Source of the DNA: a virus
Lineage: Duplodnaviria > Caudoviricetes
Virus record (IMG/VR): IMGVR_UViG_3300025115_000016
Coordinates: 1-52,615 of that record
Length of the DNA: 52,615 nucleotides
Direction: 5' to 3' (one strand)
Both the position numbers and the translations under genes were made by a program. Of the stretch, positions 38,801-47,498 are shown in pieces. Below the pieces are notes generated by a model. That model saw nothing but the letters and a program-made list of their open reading frames with translations. It did not search any database and was not told the origin of the DNA. The number at the start of each line of letters is the position of its first letter. Positions within the stretch are counted from its first letter, which is position 1.

Positions 38801-41800
38801 GGGATGCGTTGCCGGAGAACTCTCCTGCTGAAGCGATTGCAAAGACCAACACCGGAGTCTTCAGGGCGGGCAAAGATCAGCCAATGACCAAAGAGCTCGG
38901 CGTTGACATCGACAAGGTTCCGCTGAAGGACCTGTTTGAAGTGATGAAGGACATGCCGAACGACGCACGTCTGAACACTCTTGCAAGGAAGTTGATGCGC
39001 TATCAGTTTGAACGTGGAGACGAGATCGAGTCGGATGAGATGGGCGAGTGGAAGCAGATCGAAGACCTCATTTCAGACAGGAGTAACATTGCCAAGAAGA
39101 TGTCGATGATGGGCGAACTCGATCCTGCGTTTTTGGCTCAGGCAGACATCCATCGGTATATGGAGCAAGCCCTGTACAAGTATGCTTTGGACAGAGTGCA
39201 TCGTCCGAAGGCGCCGAACTCATTCAAGGCAAAGCTCGGCTATCTGTCTCCGATTGAACTGATGGAATACGAGTCTTCAGGCAAGCAGTTTAAGCCCGGA
39301 GACATTCTCCTTGAGGGCGGTCTGAAGAAGACGCCCATTGAACTTCCTGCTGAATTCAGAGGGCTGTTCGATGGAAAAGAAAAAACGACGCTTGGAGAGA
39401 TGTGGGAGAGGTTGCAGGCAGAGAGCAATCAGTCTCTTCAGGACTTCTTCGACAATGCGGTGGCGGTGCGCGTTCCTTTGTCCGATCTGTCCGGAGCAAG
39501 GGCGATGAAGATGGCGGGATTTACCAAGGGAAAGGGATTCAGAACCTACGTTCATCCGTACGACATGCAGTACATGGACGGAGCGGACCTTGACGGAGAT
39601 TCGATGTTCATGTACTTCGGTCTTGAGCGTCCCCTGGTCGATCATCTCAAGAAGACCGATGTGAAGCACCGGTTCACTCATTGGAGCGACAAGTCGGGAA
39701 GAGACCTCTACGATGCGTACAGCGTGCCGCCTGAACTCGTGGACTCTCCCTTGCTGGAGAAGCGCTTCACGATGGACAAAGCGGGCAACGAGGCGCTGCT
39801 GGCCGGCGATCAGGCTCAGTACGACTTCCTGAAGAACCCTGCATCGATGTTTTCTCCGTATGCAAGGAACCTCGTGAACAGGATCGCCACTATGGGCAAA
39901 GGCAACCTCGGGCCCGGACTCGTCGCTGCTCTTCGCGGAAAGCAGTTGTACAAGTACGCCAACGGAAAGCCGATCGTCACTCAGATCGAGGACGTAGGAG
40001 AGGTCACTCTCGTGCCGAAGGGACTCAGAGCGCAGAGGATGACTCAGGCTCAGACGGTGAACCTTTCGGCAGACGCAGCGGACGGACATGCAATGGCGGA
40101 CGTAAACCACATCAGGGCGGCCAACGTGCTGTCTCCGTTCAGAGTATTCGTTGACGGGAAAGAGCTCTCTCCCAAAGAGTACGTGCCGCTGTTCTCCAAG
40201 TCGAAGACCTTCTACATCAAAGGCAGAGAGGTCAAGTCTCCCTATCTGAACAGGCTTCCTTTGATCAAGACGCTGGCCGAGTTCGACGGCGCTCTTCGCA
40301 ACAGGGACTTCGAAGGCAACCTGAGAAACCTTCAGGACATCATGGCGAAGATCAGGAACGTCTCCACGAGGGTAGAGGACATCAACTTCGACAACACATG
40401 GTACAATACGTCGAAACTCCTTGCCACGCTGGATTACAGACCGCATCCCGCATCGTTCATGAATTACCTGTCGAGAAAGGTCGTCTTTGAGTCGCTGGAT
40501 ACGTTCTTCAAGTCGTTCAAGCGCGTACTGGGAGCGGAGAAAGAGCGCGCGGTCGGAGAATTCATCATGTCGCTGATGGGACGCAGGGGGCTGTCGTTCA
40601 CGAAGTCGAAGATAACAGATACCAATGAGTGGAAGATCCTCGAAAGAGAACTCGACGTATACCACAAGAACGATCTCAAGAGCGCCAAGGGATACACCGG
40701 CTCGAAGGCATATCTGGACGACTTTATCAACAGCGAAGACTTCCGCTTGAGCAAGTTGTGGGAGATCTCGAAGAACTTTCCTTCTGCGGACAGGAAGTCC
40801 ACGACGGACAGGACTCCGTTTTTGATGAAGGAGCTCGCCGAGCTCTCGCTGTACGCAGACAACGATCTGGTGAAGTACAACATGGAGAAGGTCGTCGCTC
40901 ACTATACGAATGAAGGCGGCAAGCCGGGATGGCTGACATTCGACCGATTCAACAACTTCGATCAGAATGTCAAAGACCTCGAAGCCACGATGGAAGCCAA
41001 GGGCATCAACAAGTACGAAGTGTCCTATCTGCCAAGAACGGAAGGAGAGCAGGTCATTGAAGCCAGATCGCTGTTTGTGAAGGACCTTCACGACGTCGCA
41101 TCGCTGAAGATGATGAACGAGGTGCTCTCGAAGTACGTTGCGGACAGCAATCCGAAGGATGTCAGGGAATTCCTTGACAAAGACCTTCATCCGTTTCTCC
41201 GGACGATCTCCACATACAGGAGCCAGCTCATCGAGTCTCAGCAGGACGTCTTCTCTTCCTACGGTCCGAACAGGGCGGGCAAGAGCAAGGCTTATCAGGC
41301 AAAACTCAAGGAGATTAGAGCGTACAGAGCCAGACTCTCCGACGACAAACGCCCGGTCTTCGACGCTCAGTTTCTCTCTTCGTTCCAGCCCGATCCGATC
41401 GGAGACGAGGCAACAGAGAGATATAACGCTCTGTATTCAAAGGAGTATGCCAGGGCGAATGCGAAGACGCTCGCAATGTACGCGGGCAAGAAATTGCCGA
41501 TGGAGAAACTCAAGGAGATCGTTTCAAAGAACACTCTGAACAGGTGGCTGTATGCAAGCAAGTTCGCTCAGACTCCGATGTTCGCAGGCGTCGTTTCGGA
41601 CGGCATGCTCAGGAAGTACTACGACGGATTCTCTGAGGTCTCGAAGATCATCGAGACTCCGCTCGACCAACTGAACATAAGAACGGTGAAGGACGACCTG
41701 AACATCGATACCGGGCGCATGCTTCCTGCGTATCTTGCAGCCGATCCTGAGGTGCAGATCATGGAGACCAAGCAGCCGACCAAAACGAGGGTGAGTAAGA

Positions 41801-44800
41801 TGGCCGGCCCCTTGAAGAAACTCGTTGCAGATGCATCCGAAGGTCTCGACAAGAAAGGACGCCTGAAGAACCTTCAGGAGGACGCGGAGTACTCTCAGAT
41901 CACCAAAGACCTGACAGACATCTTCCTTCGTCACAAGGACGTTGCAGACCAGATCGCGTGGATATTCCCGACCATCGTTGCCGAGCGCACCGGAGGAAAG
42001 GTGCACCGAACGATGGACCTTGCCACAAAGAGGGATTGGCAGGACTTCATCAGAATGTTCAAGACCGCGGACGGACGGATGAAGCAGGATGTCGGAGAGC
42101 CGATCGCAGTGAAGAATTCGTGGTTCTTCAAGTTCTTCTCCCGCGTGGCGAAGGAGAACAGGATGAAGTCCGTTGATAAGGACGGCAATCTGAACATCTT
42201 TACCCTTGAGTATCCGGCCCACGTAAACACTCCCGACGGGAAGGTCGATCTGAACGTGCGCAGGATCGTCGGAGCGCTTGAGATAGCAGGCATCCACGGA
42301 GAGGCTCTTACTGCGACCAAGAACGCCATCGACGGAATGCTCAAGGCAACATTGGCGGACAGGTTCGACCTCTACGAGAAACTCAACAAGATCGACGGCC
42401 TTGGACTGAAGATGTTTGAAGCGGTTGTCGGCGTCATCGAAGGACCGCTTGGCGATCCGCAGGTCACTCCGAAGGGATGGGAGCTGTACCAGAGGAACGG
42501 CAGAGAGGCAATGCAGACGATCGCCTCGATGAAGAAGAAGTATGCCAATGGCGTACTGGTTCAGGACGCCAAAGGGAAGACCATAAAGATGAGCATCGAC
42601 AACATCGTGATGGAGATGAAGAACAAAGTGGGTGAGTATCTCGACGACATCTACCGGAGACTTGAAGCGATGGAAGACGACGCCGTGCTCTCTGTGTACT
42701 ATACCGGAGAGACATACGGAAAAGTGAAGTTTCCGATGCTCAACGTCGACGCTCTCTCGGACAAGGCGATGGGCATCGAGGCAGAGAAAGGTCTTCTGAT
42801 GACTCCATCGAAGAAGTTCAGTTCAATTGTAGCGGTCAACGACATGCTGAAGTCTCACAAGATAAAGTACTATGTGACGAAGACTCAGGATGTGATCTTT
42901 GCCGACGAGATGAGCAAGGCGAAGAACAGGGCGATCGAGGAAGCGCTCTCCAAGGGAAACGAGGACATCAGGCAGGAAGAGAAGTTCTTCCACGAACTCA
43001 GCGAACCGATGAGGCACAAGTTCATCGACAAGATGACCTTGGATGGTTACGTGATGGGATTCCCCTTCACGGCAGACCTTCAGCCCTTAAAGCAGATGTG
43101 GTTTCCACACATGCACCTTTCGGAGAAGGAGGTCACCGCGCAATTGCAGGAGCGCGTCGCCAAACTCGTGCCGAAGTTGCCGGAGTCTCAGGTGAAGGAG
43201 CTCTCCCTTGAGACGATCAGGATCCTTCTTGGCTACAAGGACCAACTGTACTCCCAGAACGAAGGACAGAACATCTTCAATCGCATTAACGGAAGAGCCG
43301 ACGTGTTGACTACCTTGCGCTATGAGAACAAGCATCTCAAGGGAAGAGACCATTCGTTCTTCGGTCCGCTGGACGGATGGGACAGAAGTCCCCTGGCTCT
43401 GCACAGCGCGTACGAGAAGATTGCCAAGGAGAACGCAGACATGTTCTTCGCCGTCGTTGCAAAGAACATACTCCGCAGGCAGACAGAGAAGCAGGTTTAT
43501 GGAGACAACACTCTCCACATTGCAAGGTTCACCGAACGCTACTTCAGGCAGGCTCTCGGATATGCCGACACTATTCCGCAGGAGTGGCTCGCTCCCGGCG
43601 AAGATGCGTATAAATACGGGATGAAGAACAACATGTGGAAGTTTCACTCCGATCAGTACTGGATGAACAAGATTCAAGAGGTCGGCAACACGTACTTTGG
43701 AGGCAAGATCACCGGAGACTTCAAATCGATCGACAACATCGCCAACGCCCTTGAGTTCGACGATCCGAAGACCAAGCAGGCGTGGATCAACGAAGGCAAG
43801 AGAGTCCTTGCCGAAAGGAAGCTCTCGTGGTTCTCGCAGATGGAGGCGAAGTATTCGCTGCTGTCCTTGCTAACCTCCACAAAGACCTTCACGACCAACG
43901 TGGCGTCGGCAGGCATCATGACGCTCATCAACACCTCCACGGATGACTTCAGGAGAGCGTTCTCGTTAAAGGCGATGCAGGACGAGGCGGGAAGCCACAA
44001 CATCAAGTCTTCGGGAGACATCGACAAGATGGTTGCGGCAGGAGGCGGTCTGGAAGGAATGTTCCAGCAGGAGATCAACATGCACGGAGCCTTGGGATAC
44101 GTCGGTAAAGAGACGGTGGGAAGGCTTCTGACTGAGATCAAGCGCAAGGGCGTCGATGCAGACGTCAAGGGAATACTCGTCAAGCAGGGAGTCTTCAGCC
44201 GGCTCGTGGATGCCGGCGCGTACATGATGAAGAAGTCGGAGATGATCGCCAGAAAGCACTCGTATCTTGCTCACTACATGAACGCCAGAAGGAGTTTCAG
44301 GATGCAGGGCTTCGAGCTCGAGTACGACGATCCGTGGATTACCAAGATAGCCAGAGACGGAGTTGCTGCAAGCCAGTACCTGTACTCCAATGCAAACCGT
44401 CCCGCGTTCATGGGTTCCCTGATAGGGAAAGTGTTCCATCGGTTCCAACTATTTGCCTACAACTCGGTCGAGTTCCGTCTGAATGCGATGGAAAGAGCCA
44501 GACAGATAGGAGTTCTTCCCGGAAGCGACGACTACCGGAAGTTCGAGAGGATGATGGCTGCGGACATGTTCATGTTCGGCATGGCGTCCGTCCTTCCGTT
44601 CTCGATATTCAACACCATGTTGCCTCCGCCATACAACTATCTGACGGACTATACTCAGTTCTTCTTCGGAGGAAGCATTGAAGACAGGCAGAACGCGTTC
44701 TATACGGGCTTGCCGTATCCCCTGAACATCACTCAGCCGTTGACTCCGGCAAGCGCCAGGATCTTCGTCTCGCTTCTTGGGTATGCCTACGACAAGGATG

Positions 44801-45087
44801 CGGAGAAACTCACCAAGGGCGTCGTATCGCTTGCTCCGGGACATCGTTTGATACGGGACGTCTATCGTTCGTACGATCAAATATCCAAAGGAAGGAATCC
44901 CGCGATCATCATCGACAACATGACGGGCATTCCTTTGGTGAACTCGGGAAGCGTCATCAAGAAGCTCAACAAGGAGGGCGGGATCGATCTCTACCTGAAG
45001 CGGTATGAACACGGGCCTTATTTAGAAGACATGAAAAAAAACGAGGAAGAGATCGACGAATTTCTCCGTCAATATTCTTCCCCGTAA
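35815..45087 (+). CDS. Giant ejection protein containing a single-chain double-psi-beta-barrel RNA polymerase (putative virion RNAP, about 3090 aa)
   Basis: YDGVAW (38305), K-x12-K in HKIAAVHSDDLGGLLGKQGF, FESATK, then RVP (39469) and GADLDGD (39580-39600). Likely start ATG 35815. Confidence 0.8.
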   Translation: MAKLQLLYGTQAPQETSTERPSWDASSFIGQFMAGYVEGLTTFDVLDNYDIVKNNADTEAEYIARSLGSVLGFIGFLPFPGTGTFTRLGFSTAAKAMKLVGQADKAKSLAAEARAVKMTMTSIPMITGRVMSGGVMRMLESGAAKSALQFGEQAIGRSLSAGAKARISSYTETGLFMGFASAAAARPMNPMDIFSEGWDERWEAAKYGMAYGVGQQAIASFFSPKLMEKLGAKNFKELMQKEPDKAEFMLKSLRGVSTGLVMGGYAAAEGFPNELVLYETLVNGVFGYRELPWYNKQAMKLMNKHLREEKVADYLLMQKTPEKYLESVGETDLPPEVINSFSIAATAHFGNTVKTASAYIEAMKKTEAARRGVDVESLGDEFISEMIQSGDITKAKAWQSLLEYDQIMKMETDKAVNTFEEVHKRKPSEEEMHDISDAAKDNADAISVDLWYNNDDAIRIIKDVAKRVHYEQEMTQQTPDQLLKVASSMREAGISMQAAEFVTTLSDVLGKEHRGFETLRTINEIIRTNKRDGQKNYIPVRDQLTGKFGITLTKEQDNAFRHLWAMYSNSKTRKMLKVNLSDYDVFRPTEHLADGTFKAEIDNVTPIEKMTGLEAMYLKTAVDKKTDVPIHSSKVNASRLMVESFKKNWWYFSGKKDNHHMVFFDMTEAKFEPGDFNLAKEALAIDAVLKPLQDPSKGDYVPFLEQYAKDKALFVAEALRDVPEGKAIGEKIAAEKAYDALYSFNAVQWKKFNHAETLAELFADRDAFSITDVTKFNKRTQLMFDVGIPMDPSVVGREKLSARVAEWTPESLGLFKTEFGRMFGGKNPLQYDGVAWVRREAAKAFGSYSGNEEGGFHKIAAVHSDDLGGLLGKQGFHVMTAKEESMLDKSGISDDIVFFESATKLKGKRPVTKLTLSKEGITHDATEVINPEDPLGKRTGGSFEIPVESIRLNLSAAEDPTIKPAHIAKPLLNHFEESPELSRLIMEKYVLPGFEGDALPENSPAEAIAKTNTGVFRAGKDQPMTKELGVDIDKVPLKDLFEVMKDMPNDARLNTLARKLMRYQFERGDEIESDEMGEWKQIEDLISDRSNIAKKMSMMGELDPAFLAQADIHRYMEQALYKYALDRVHRPKAPNSFKAKLGYLSPIELMEYESSGKQFKPGDILLEGGLKKTPIELPAEFRGLFDGKEKTTLGEMWERLQAESNQSLQDFFDNAVAVRVPLSDLSGARAMKMAGFTKGKGFRTYVHPYDMQYMDGADLDGDSMFMYFGLERPLVDHLKKTDVKHRFTHWSDKSGRDLYDAYSVPPELVDSPLLEKRFTMDKAGNEALLAGDQAQYDFLKNPASMFSPYARNLVNRIATMGKGNLGPGLVAALRGKQLYKYANGKPIVTQIEDVGEVTLVPKGLRAQRMTQAQTVNLSADAADGHAMADVNHIRAANVLSPFRVFVDGKELSPKEYVPLFSKSKTFYIKGREVKSPYLNRLPLIKTLAEFDGALRNRDFEGNLRNLQDIMAKIRNVSTRVEDINFDNTWYNTSKLLATLDYRPHPASFMNYLSRKVVFESLDTFFKSFKRVLGAEKERAVGEFIMSLMGRRGLSFTKSKITDTNEWKILERELDVYHKNDLKSAKGYTGSKAYLDDFINSEDFRLSKLWEISKNFPSADRKSTTDRTPFLMKELAELSLYADNDLVKYNMEKVVAHYTNEGGKPGWLTFDRFNNFDQNVKDLEATMEAKGINKYEVSYLPRTEGEQVIEARSLFVKDLHDVASLKMMNEVLSKYVADSNPKDVREFLDKDLHPFLRTISTYRSQLIESQQDVFSSYGPNRAGKSKAYQAKLKEIRAYRARLSDDKRPVFDAQFLSSFQPDPIGDEATERYNALYSKEYARANAKTLAMYAGKKLPMEKLKEIVSKNTLNRWLYASKFAQTPMFAGVVSDGMLRKYYDGFSEVSKIIETPLDQLNIRTVKDDLNIDTGRMLPAYLAADPEVQIMETKQPTKTRVSKMAGPLKKLVADASEGLDKKGRLKNLQEDAEYSQITKDLTDIFLRHKDVADQIAWIFPTIVAERTGGKVHRTMDLATKRDWQDFIRMFKTADGRMKQDVGEPIAVKNSWFFKFFSRVAKENRMKSVDKDGNLNIFTLEYPAHVNTPDGKVDLNVRRIVGALEIAGIHGEALTATKNAIDGMLKATLADRFDLYEKLNKIDGLGLKMFEAVVGVIEGPLGDPQVTPKGWELYQRNGREAMQTIASMKKKYANGVLVQDAKGKTIKMSIDNIVMEMKNKVGEYLDDIYRRLEAMEDDAVLSVYYTGETYGKVKFPMLNVDALSDKAMGIEAEKGLLMTPSKKFSSIVAVNDMLKSHKIKYYVTKTQDVIFADEMSKAKNRAIEEALSKGNEDIRQEEKFFHELSEPMRHKFIDKMTLDGYVMGFPFTADLQPLKQMWFPHMHLSEKEVTAQLQERVAKLVPKLPESQVKELSLETIRILLGYKDQLYSQNEGQNIFNRINGRADVLTTLRYENKHLKGRDHSFFGPLDGWDRSPLALHSAYEKIAKENADMFFAVVAKNILRRQTEKQVYGDNTLHIARFTERYFRQALGYADTIPQEWLAPGEDAYKYGMKNNMWKFHSDQYWMNKIQEVGNTYFGGKITGDFKSIDNIANALEFDDPKTKQAWINEGKRVLAERKLSWFSQMEAKYSLLSLLTSTKTFTTNVASAGIMTLINTSTDDFRRAFSLKAMQDEAGSHNIKSSGDIDKMVAAGGGLEGMFQQEINMHGALGYVGKETVGRLLTEIKRKGVDADVKGILVKQGVFSRLVDAGAYMMKKSEMIARKHSYLAHYMNARRSFRMQGFELEYDDPWITKIARDGVAASQYLYSNANRPAFMGSLIGKVFHRFQLFAYNSVEFRLNAMERARQIGVLPGSDDYRKFERMMAADMFMFGMASVLPFSIFNTMLPPPYNYLTDYTQFFFGGSIEDRQNAFYTGLPYPLNITQPLTPASARIFVSLLGYAYDKDAEKLTKGVVSLAPGHRLIRDVYRSYDQISKGRNPAIIIDNMTGIPLVNSGSVIKKLNKEGGIDLYLKRYEHGPYLEDMKKNEEEIDEFLRQYSSP

Positions 45088-45134
45088 GGTTTCACTTTTA
45101 ATGCTCGCTGATTTTACTCTTTCAAGTTTTCACG

Positions 45135-45461
45135 TCACTCTCCTAATTTGGTTAGTATATCTTTGTGGAGAAGGTCGAGTCTTTCCCTGAACTTCTCCTT
45201 TGTAGATTTAAACTCTGGATTTAAAAATATCATGTCGTTGTATTTCCTCGATACGTTTATCATGTCGCCGTTCTGGATTTCCAATGTAAGAATGTCTCTT
45301 CCTTTGACCTCTGTTACAAGGATAAAGAAGTCCATTCCCTTCACATGAAAGACCTCGCCGACGAGCGATTTGTACTGCTTGATGAGTTCCCTGTCAAGAT
45401 TCTTCCTTAGAGCCTTGATCTGGTCCTCGATCTCTTTTGATTTCGTAGACTCCATAGGCAA
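45135..45461 (-). CDS. Hypothetical protein
   Basis: Last ORF of the leftward arm. Confidence 0.65.
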   Translation of the reverse strand: MPMESTKSKEIEDQIKALRKNLDRELIKQYKSLVGEVFHVKGMDFFILVTEVKGRDILTLEIQNGDMINVSRKYNDMIFLNPEFKSTKEKFRERLDLLHKDILTKLGE

Positions 45462-45639
45462 ATATCATTCCGGAGGCAAACAGTGTCAGGAGTGGAAGTG
45501 CGATCTGTTCATGCAAGAACCTTGCAAGGTCTCCATACGGAATTCCCCCGAATATGAGGTTGCTGATGACCGATGTGGACACTGAGAACAGGAACATTCC
45601 GACTCCAAGAGCGATGACTCCAAATGTTTTATGACTCAT
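45394..45639 (-). CDS. Two-TM membrane protein
   Basis: AGGAG RBS; two hydrophobic segments. Confidence 0.65.
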   Translation of the reverse strand: MSHKTFGVIALGVGMFLFSVSTSVISNLIFGGIPYGDLARFLHEQIALPLLTLFASGMIFAYGVYEIKRDRGPDQGSKEES

Positions 45640-45649
45640 TTTTCTCCTT

Positions 45650-45701
45650 AAAAATTAAGCCGGGGAAGCGGCAAGATGCTCGGTATGCATCTTTCCCCGG
45701 C
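45650..45701 (-). terminator. Long hairpin terminator after the ParB-domain gene
   Basis: Minus strand GCCGGGGAAAGATGC-ATACCGA-GCATCTT(GCCGC)TTCCCCGGC-TTAATTTTT. Confidence 0.7.
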
Positions 45702-45718
45702 GCGTTGGAGGTTGCCAA

Positions 45719-47224
45719 CTATTTCTTTTTGTTTCTCTTTGCTGCGGCTTTCGCGTCTGACTGACGTTTGATCCTTTCGGCTTCCTTCTCCTGCTGCTCT
45801 TTCTTCTTGGCTTCGACCATCGTCTTGCGGACACTTGCGCTGATTGCATCGACGTTTACCGACACGAGTTTGGCAAGTTGCGTATGGTCTGATGCGATCT
45901 GCCGGGACAACAGCAGTTTCAGGAGCGCGTTCAGCGGCTCATCTTTCGAGAAGTGCTTCAGCACGACTTCCTGCGCCTTTCCAAATCCGACCTTTGAGTA
46001 CTCTTCTTTGGACAGAATCCGACGAAGGTATCCGCTGATGAACGAATAGGGAACGATTTCGTTGACGATGTACGTGAGCATTCCTCTGTCGAAGTTCTTC
46101 ACAAGGTCTGCTTCCATGACCTTCTGTCCGAACTGACGAACAGTCTCGTTGGTCACTTTGTTTTCGAATATCTTCGCCGATCGTTCCGCTTTATCTTTCT
46201 CCTTCTGTTTGGGCGTGCGGTTGTCTGCTTTCTTCTGAGCGTTCGGATTCACCTTGATGTACTGTACGAGCATTCCCGCTTTGGGGCCGTCGATCATAAC
46301 TCCCTCTTTGATGGACTTCTCGTCGTCTTCATCGTCTGCCGCCCTCCACTGCTGAACTCCGAGAATGTCTCCGCTGTATACATTGGAAACAGACAATTGC
46401 TGCACCTCTTTGATGACTCGCAGCGTCTTTTTGATCTCCTTCAGTTTGTCTTCGGAGACCGCTACTCGTATTCCAAGCGTATTGGACTTCTCATCCAGAT
46501 ATTTGTCGATGGCTTTGTCAAGTGCGACCTGTCCAAGTTTGTCGTTGACAACCTTGAATGCATCTTCCGGGCTGATTGTCCCTTCGAAGAATGCATCGCT
46601 CATTGCGTTGCGAACCCTTGATTCCAATTGGTCCTCTGTCCACGAAACGAACACAGTCGGCTTTCCGTCCACCGTTTCTTTTGTCACACAAAGTTTCCAA
46701 AGTTGCTTCTGCATCGTCTTGGGTATGCGTGCAAAGATGAAGACCATTCTTTCGCTCAAGCCAACGGCGGTTCCTTGAATGGCTTCGACGATCTCTTCCG
46801 TCAGATTGCTCAGGTTCATCCTTCGTACGACGTAGTTTGTCGACTTGTTCAGTTTCTTCGCAACGGCTCCGGTGTCCATCGTTTTGAGCAATTCGCTGAT
46901 GACCTGATATTCCTCGTACATGTTCATGTTCTTGCGATGGATGTTGTCCACCAGCAGCAGCGCATTTGACGTCTGTTCGTCGATGCCCTCCTGAACGATG
47001 ACCGGAACCTTTGCCAGCTTCAGTTGTTTTGCGGCTTCAAAGCGTCGTTCTCCCGAGATGATGATGTATTTGTCGGACGCTCCGTTGGTCTTGACGAGCA
47101 GCGGATTCTTAATTCCAAATTCCTTAATTGAGCTGACGAGTTCTGCATCGGGTGTTCTGCTCTGCGGATTCAGTGGGTTTCTCTCCAATTGAGAGAGTTG
47201 TACTTCGATGAGTTGTTGACTCAT
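45719..47224 (-). CDS. ParB/Spo0J-domain protein with HTH and long C-terminal extension
   Basis: Start MSQQLIE; NP.NP..R, LVSSIKEFGIKNPLLV, IISGERRFEA, DNIHRKNM, VAKKLNKS..YV.RR. Confidence 0.85.
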   Translation of the reverse strand: MSQQLIEVQLSQLERNPLNPQSRTPDAELVSSIKEFGIKNPLLVKTNGASDKYIIISGERRFEAAKQLKLAKVPVIVQEGIDEQTSNALLLVDNIHRKNMNMYEEYQVISELLKTMDTGAVAKKLNKSTNYVVRRMNLSNLTEEIVEAIQGTAVGLSERMVFIFARIPKTMQKQLWKLCVTKETVDGKPTVFVSWTEDQLESRVRNAMSDAFFEGTISPEDAFKVVNDKLGQVALDKAIDKYLDEKSNTLGIRVAVSEDKLKEIKKTLRVIKEVQQLSVSNVYSGDILGVQQWRAADDEDDEKSIKEGVMIDGPKAGMLVQYIKVNPNAQKKADNRTPKQKEKDKAERSAKIFENKVTNETVRQFGQKVMEADLVKNFDRGMLTYIVNEIVPYSFISGYLRRILSKEEYSKVGFGKAQEVVLKHFSKDEPLNALLKLLLSRQIASDHTQLAKLVSVNVDAISASVRKTMVEAKKKEQQEKEAERIKRQSDAKAAAKRNKKK

Positions 47225-47282
47225 GATGAGTGCTCCTTTTAGATGAATAAAAACACCCGCCCTTTCGAGCGGGTATATGTGA

Positions 47283-47498
47283 TTACCTTCTTCGTGAACA
47301 GTAGGTACTGTAGAATTTCTCTCCAAGTTCTCTTGCCTGCTTTATGTTTCGTGCGTAGATGGTTTTGACGAGTATCATTGTGGCGTGGTATCGTTCCTCT
47401 TTGTACCCTGTGTACATCGTGCAGTTGTGTATTCTCCACTGTCGCGCGGTGTTCGGATACGGAGGAAAGTAGATTTCGAGTGTATATTCCTTTTTCAT
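47283..47498 (-). CDS. Hypothetical protein
   Basis: ATGA-coupled ORF. Confidence 0.55.
   Translation of the reverse strand: MKKEYTLEIYFPPYPNTARQWRIHNCTMYTGYKEERYHATMILVKTIYARNIKQARELGEKFYSTYCSRRR

Noticed and set aside
39277-41190. 637-aa antisense ORF and many other long opposite-strand or alternate-frame ORFs
   Set aside because: Shadows of strongly biased codon usage in the real genes; no motifs or RBS, and full overlap with well-supported CDSs.
9401-45087. Stop-codon reassignment as in some crAss-like phages
   Set aside because: Genes are full length and tightly packed under the standard code, and no suppressor tRNA was seen.
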